Assembly (NCBI GenBank): GCA_044229145.1
Contig: JBGATO010000021.1
Location: 1 to 54,508, forward strand
Reading direction: 5' to 3'
DNA length: 54,508 bases
Origin: Candidatus Eiseniibacteriota bacterium
Lineage (GTDB): Bacteria; Eisenbacteria; RBG-16-71-46; CAZEPH01
The notes below the pieces were generated by a model. That model saw only the letters and a program-made list of their open reading frames with translations. It searched no databases and was not told where the DNA came from. Shown piece by piece: positions 48,515 to 54,508 of this stretch. Both the position numbers and the translations under genes were made by a program. Numbering within the stretch: the stretch's first letter is position 1; every line of letters starts with the position of its first letter.

Positions 48515-48692
48515 GGCTTTCGGGGAGTTCCGCGGGCGGCTTCAGGTGGCCTCGCGGGCGCCTCGGAAGTGTCGGACCCGGGGTGTATGGTGGGGGAGTC
48601 AGAGCCACCGGAAGACCTCCGGCAGCCGGCCGCGAGCGCTCGGGAAATTTCCTGCCGGGCGGGTGTCGATTTCCGTTGCGCGCCGGATTCGG

Positions 48693-48739
48693 CTACAAGA
48701 TATTGTGGCCCGCCCTGGACGGGCCACAACACTCTGCGT
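48693..48739 (+). promoter_or_regulatory. Tandem NrdR boxes
   Basis: CTACAAGATATTGTGG (strong) and CCACAACACTCTGCGT (weak) start 31 bp apart upstream of a ribonucleotide reductase gene. Confidence 0.75.
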
Positions 48740-48854
48740 CACCGCCGGCGCCGCCGAGCCCCCAGTCGCTCGCCGCCGGCCGTGGTGTCTCTCCCCGAAA
48801 ATGGGGGACCGCAGGGTCGCGACAGTACACCCTCCACTGACGGAGGCAGTCCCC

Positions 48855-52550
<3,696 letters not shown>

Positions 52551-52593
52551 AGGCAGATGATCGCGCGCGGGACACCTCGCGCGCGGAGGACCG

Positions 52594-52624
52594 GAGCCCG
52601 GGGTGCCATCGGCGTCCCGGGCTC
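52594..52624 (+). terminator. Hairpin downstream of nrdJ
   Basis: GAGCCCGGGGTGCC-ATC-GGCGTCCCGGGCTC; no U-tract. Confidence 0.4.
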
Positions 52625-52747
52625 AGCCATGGAGGCCGCGGTCCTCTCCGACTTTCCGCGGCGGACGGTCACACGTATGCTGATGACATCCGCCCGCCGT
52701 CTCATGCCTGGCGCGGCTCACACGCAGCCGCCGGGCATGTCCTGCCG

Positions 52748-54508
52748 ATGAGATCCCTGATGACGCCACAACGACGACCCCTGCGACTCCGCGCCGCCGG
52801 CTTGCGGCTGCCCGTGCTTGCCGTCTGCCTGCTCGCGGCCGCTGCGCGGCTTGCCACTGCCGCATCGGATCACACCGCACCGTGCGTGCCCGCCAACGCG
52901 CCGTCGGGTGACGACATGCATTGGCTCGAGGGCTTCCAACGCGGCGGCGCGTCCTGTCCGGTGTTCGCGCTGACGCAGTATCGCGGCGAGATCATCGCCG
53001 GCGGATTGTTTCCGTACGCCGGCACCATCGCCACCAGCTATCTCGCGCGCTGGACGGCGAACGGGTGGGTGGGCCTCGGCGGGGGACTCGACGGTCCGGT
53101 GCATGCGCTCACGGTGTACGACGGCGTGCTGATCGCCGGGGGCGCCTTCACGCATGCCGGCGCCGTCAGTGTCCCCGGGATCGCGGCGTGGGACGGCGCG
53201 CACTGGACCGCACTCGGGGCGGGCATCAGCGGCGGGACGGCGACGGTGGAAGCGCTCACGGTCTGGAACGGCGTCCTGGTGGCGGGCGGCAATTTCACGC
53301 AAGCCGGCGCCGCACCAGTGGCCAACGTCGCGGTGTGGGACGGCGCGGCGTGGACCGCGTGCGGCAGCGGTGTCAACGGAACCGTGTTGTCGCTGCTCTC
53401 CTACAACGGGAGCGTGGTGGCCGGTGGCGCGTTCACGCATGCCGGCGGAAACGCCGCGAGCTACGTGGCGAGTTGGAACGGCAGCGCGTGGAGCGCGATG
53501 GGCGCCGGACTCAGCGGCGGCTTCTTCCAGCCCGGCGTCGCGGCGCTTGCGGCGTACGGAGGCGCACTGGTCGCGGGCGGCGATTTCGCCCTGAGCGGCG
53601 GAACGACGCTGCACAACATCGCCAGCTGGAACGGCAGCACGTGGAGCTCGCTGGGATCCGGTGCGGACGACGCGGTGAACGCGCTCGGCGTGTGGCAATC
53701 GTCGCTGGTCGCCGGAGGCGCGTTCGCCAAGTTCGGCGCGGTGTCGGCGGCGAATCTCGGAAGCTGGAACGGAAGCGCCTGGACGGCGTTCGGCAGCGGT
53801 GCGGACAACACCGTGCGCGCGGTGCTCGCCACCGGCGATTCGCTGTACGTGGCCGGCGACTTCCGCAGCGTTGCCGGCGTGCAGGCCGACGGCGTGGCGC
53901 GCGACCTCGCGGGCGCGTGGTCCGGGCTGGCGAGCAGCGGGGCGGGGCTGAACGGCCTCGTGAATGCCGCCGTGGTCTACAACAATGCGCTCGTGGTGGC
54001 TGGCGCGTTCACGCAGGCCGGGAGCGTCGCGGCGCAGAACATCGCACGCTGGGATGGTGCGGGATGGACGGCGCTCGGTGCCGGCATCAACGGACCGGTC
54101 GCGGCGCTGACGCAGTTCAACACGTCGCTGTTCGCCGCGGGCGACTTCACGCAGGCCGGCTCCGTCGCCGCCACGGATGTCGCGCGCTGGGACGGCACCG
54201 CGTGGTTCGCCACCGGGAGCGCGTCCGGGGGAGCCACGGGCGCGTACTCGTGCCTGGCGGTGCATAACGGACAGCTCTTCGCCGGCGGCAATCTGCAGCC
54301 GACCAGCGGGGCGCGCTTCGGCGCCGTCGAGCGGTGGACCGGGGCGGCGTGGCAGACGGTCGGGTCGGCGAGCGTCTTCGGCAGCTTCGCGGTCCCGACC
54401 GTGTACGCGCTGCAATCCTATGGCGGGCAGTTGGTGGCCGGCGGCGAATTCAGCACGATGAGCTCGGTGTCGGCTTCGGCGATCGCGCGCTGGAACGGCA
54501 CCACGTGG
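52748..54508 (+). CDS. Secreted W(D/N)G-repeat beta-propeller protein (3' end outside window; absent from the ORF track)
   Basis: ATG 52748 or 52760, signal peptide (LPVLAVCLLAAAARLATA), open frame to the window end with repeats LVAGGxFTxAG...AxW(D/N)GxxW. Confidence 0.85.
   Translation, partial: MRSLMTPQRRPLRLRAAGLRLPVLAVCLLAAAARLATAASDHTAPCVPANAPSGDDMHWLEGFQRGGASCPVFALTQYRGEIIAGGLFPYAGTIATSYLARWTANGWVGLGGGLDGPVHALTVYDGVLIAGGAFTHAGAVSVPGIAAWDGAHWTALGAGISGGTATVEALTVWNGVLVAGGNFTQAGAAPVANVAVWDGAAWTACGSGVNGTVLSLLSYNGSVVAGGAFTHAGGNAASYVASWNGSAWSAMGAGLSGGFFQPGVAALAAYGGALVAGGDFALSGGTTLHNIASWNGSTWSSLGSGADDAVNALGVWQSSLVAGGAFAKFGAVSAANLGSWNGSAWTAFGSGADNTVRAVLATGDSLYVAGDFRSVAGVQADGVARDLAGAWSGLASSGAGLNGLVNAAVVYNNALVVAGAFTQAGSVAAQNIARWDGAGWTALGAGINGPVAALTQFNTSLFAAGDFTQAGSVAATDVARWDGTAWFATGSASGGATGAYSCLAVHNGQLFAGGNLQPTSGARFGAVERWTGAAWQTVGSASVFGSFAVPTVYALQSYGGQLVAGGEFSTMSSVSASAIARWNGTTW

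Noticed and set aside
46725..48608. Long N-terminal extension on the ECF sigma (823-aa ORF), suggesting a fusion
   Set aside because: It overlaps the real propeller gene in another frame; the sigma has its own RBS (GGAG) and ATG at 46724.
52557..52751. 64-aa ORF after nrdJ
   Set aside because: Spans the hairpins after nrdJ, has no motifs, and is likely spurious.

Overview
High-GC bacterial chromosomal window. Several secreted proteins end in a FlgD-Ig/T9SS-like C-terminal domain, which suggests (inference only) an FCB-group lineage such as Ca. Eisenbacteria or relatives. Left to right: (1) a 5'-truncated gingipain-like C25 peptidase; (2) a two-gene surface-protein island with different codon usage, bracketed by ~56-bp direct repeats of a terminator-like hairpin; (3) housekeeping genes gltX-cstA-S2P protease-trpS-scpA-scpB-rluB-pheA; (4) a ~13.4-kb sensory block between pheA and tyrA, made of a sigma28-type F7/Che2-like chemosensory operon (STAS-cheY-cheA-cheW-globin/PAS/PAS receptor-cheR-cheD-cheB-McpA-like) and a convergent FIST + hybrid kinase pair; (5) tyrA-aroA-cmk-plsC-rpsA; (6) a cupredoxin-like / Cache-HAMP Ser/Thr kinase / putative porin operon divergent from a chromate transporter and a degenerate sigma54-activator; (7) a secreted protein-ECF sigma-Ser/Thr kinase operon; (8) nrdJ with tandem NrdR boxes; (9) a 3'-truncated W(D/N)G-repeat protein. 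The best candidates for poorly described systems are the three-heme-site globin-PAS-PAS chemoreceptor with its McpA-like partner carrying a CheZ-like motif, and the cupredoxin-receptor kinase-porin module. Several apparent frameshifts and internal deletions could be assembly errors. No tRNA, rRNA, CRISPR array or transposase was recognised. All calls come from motif recognition by eye; no searches were run.
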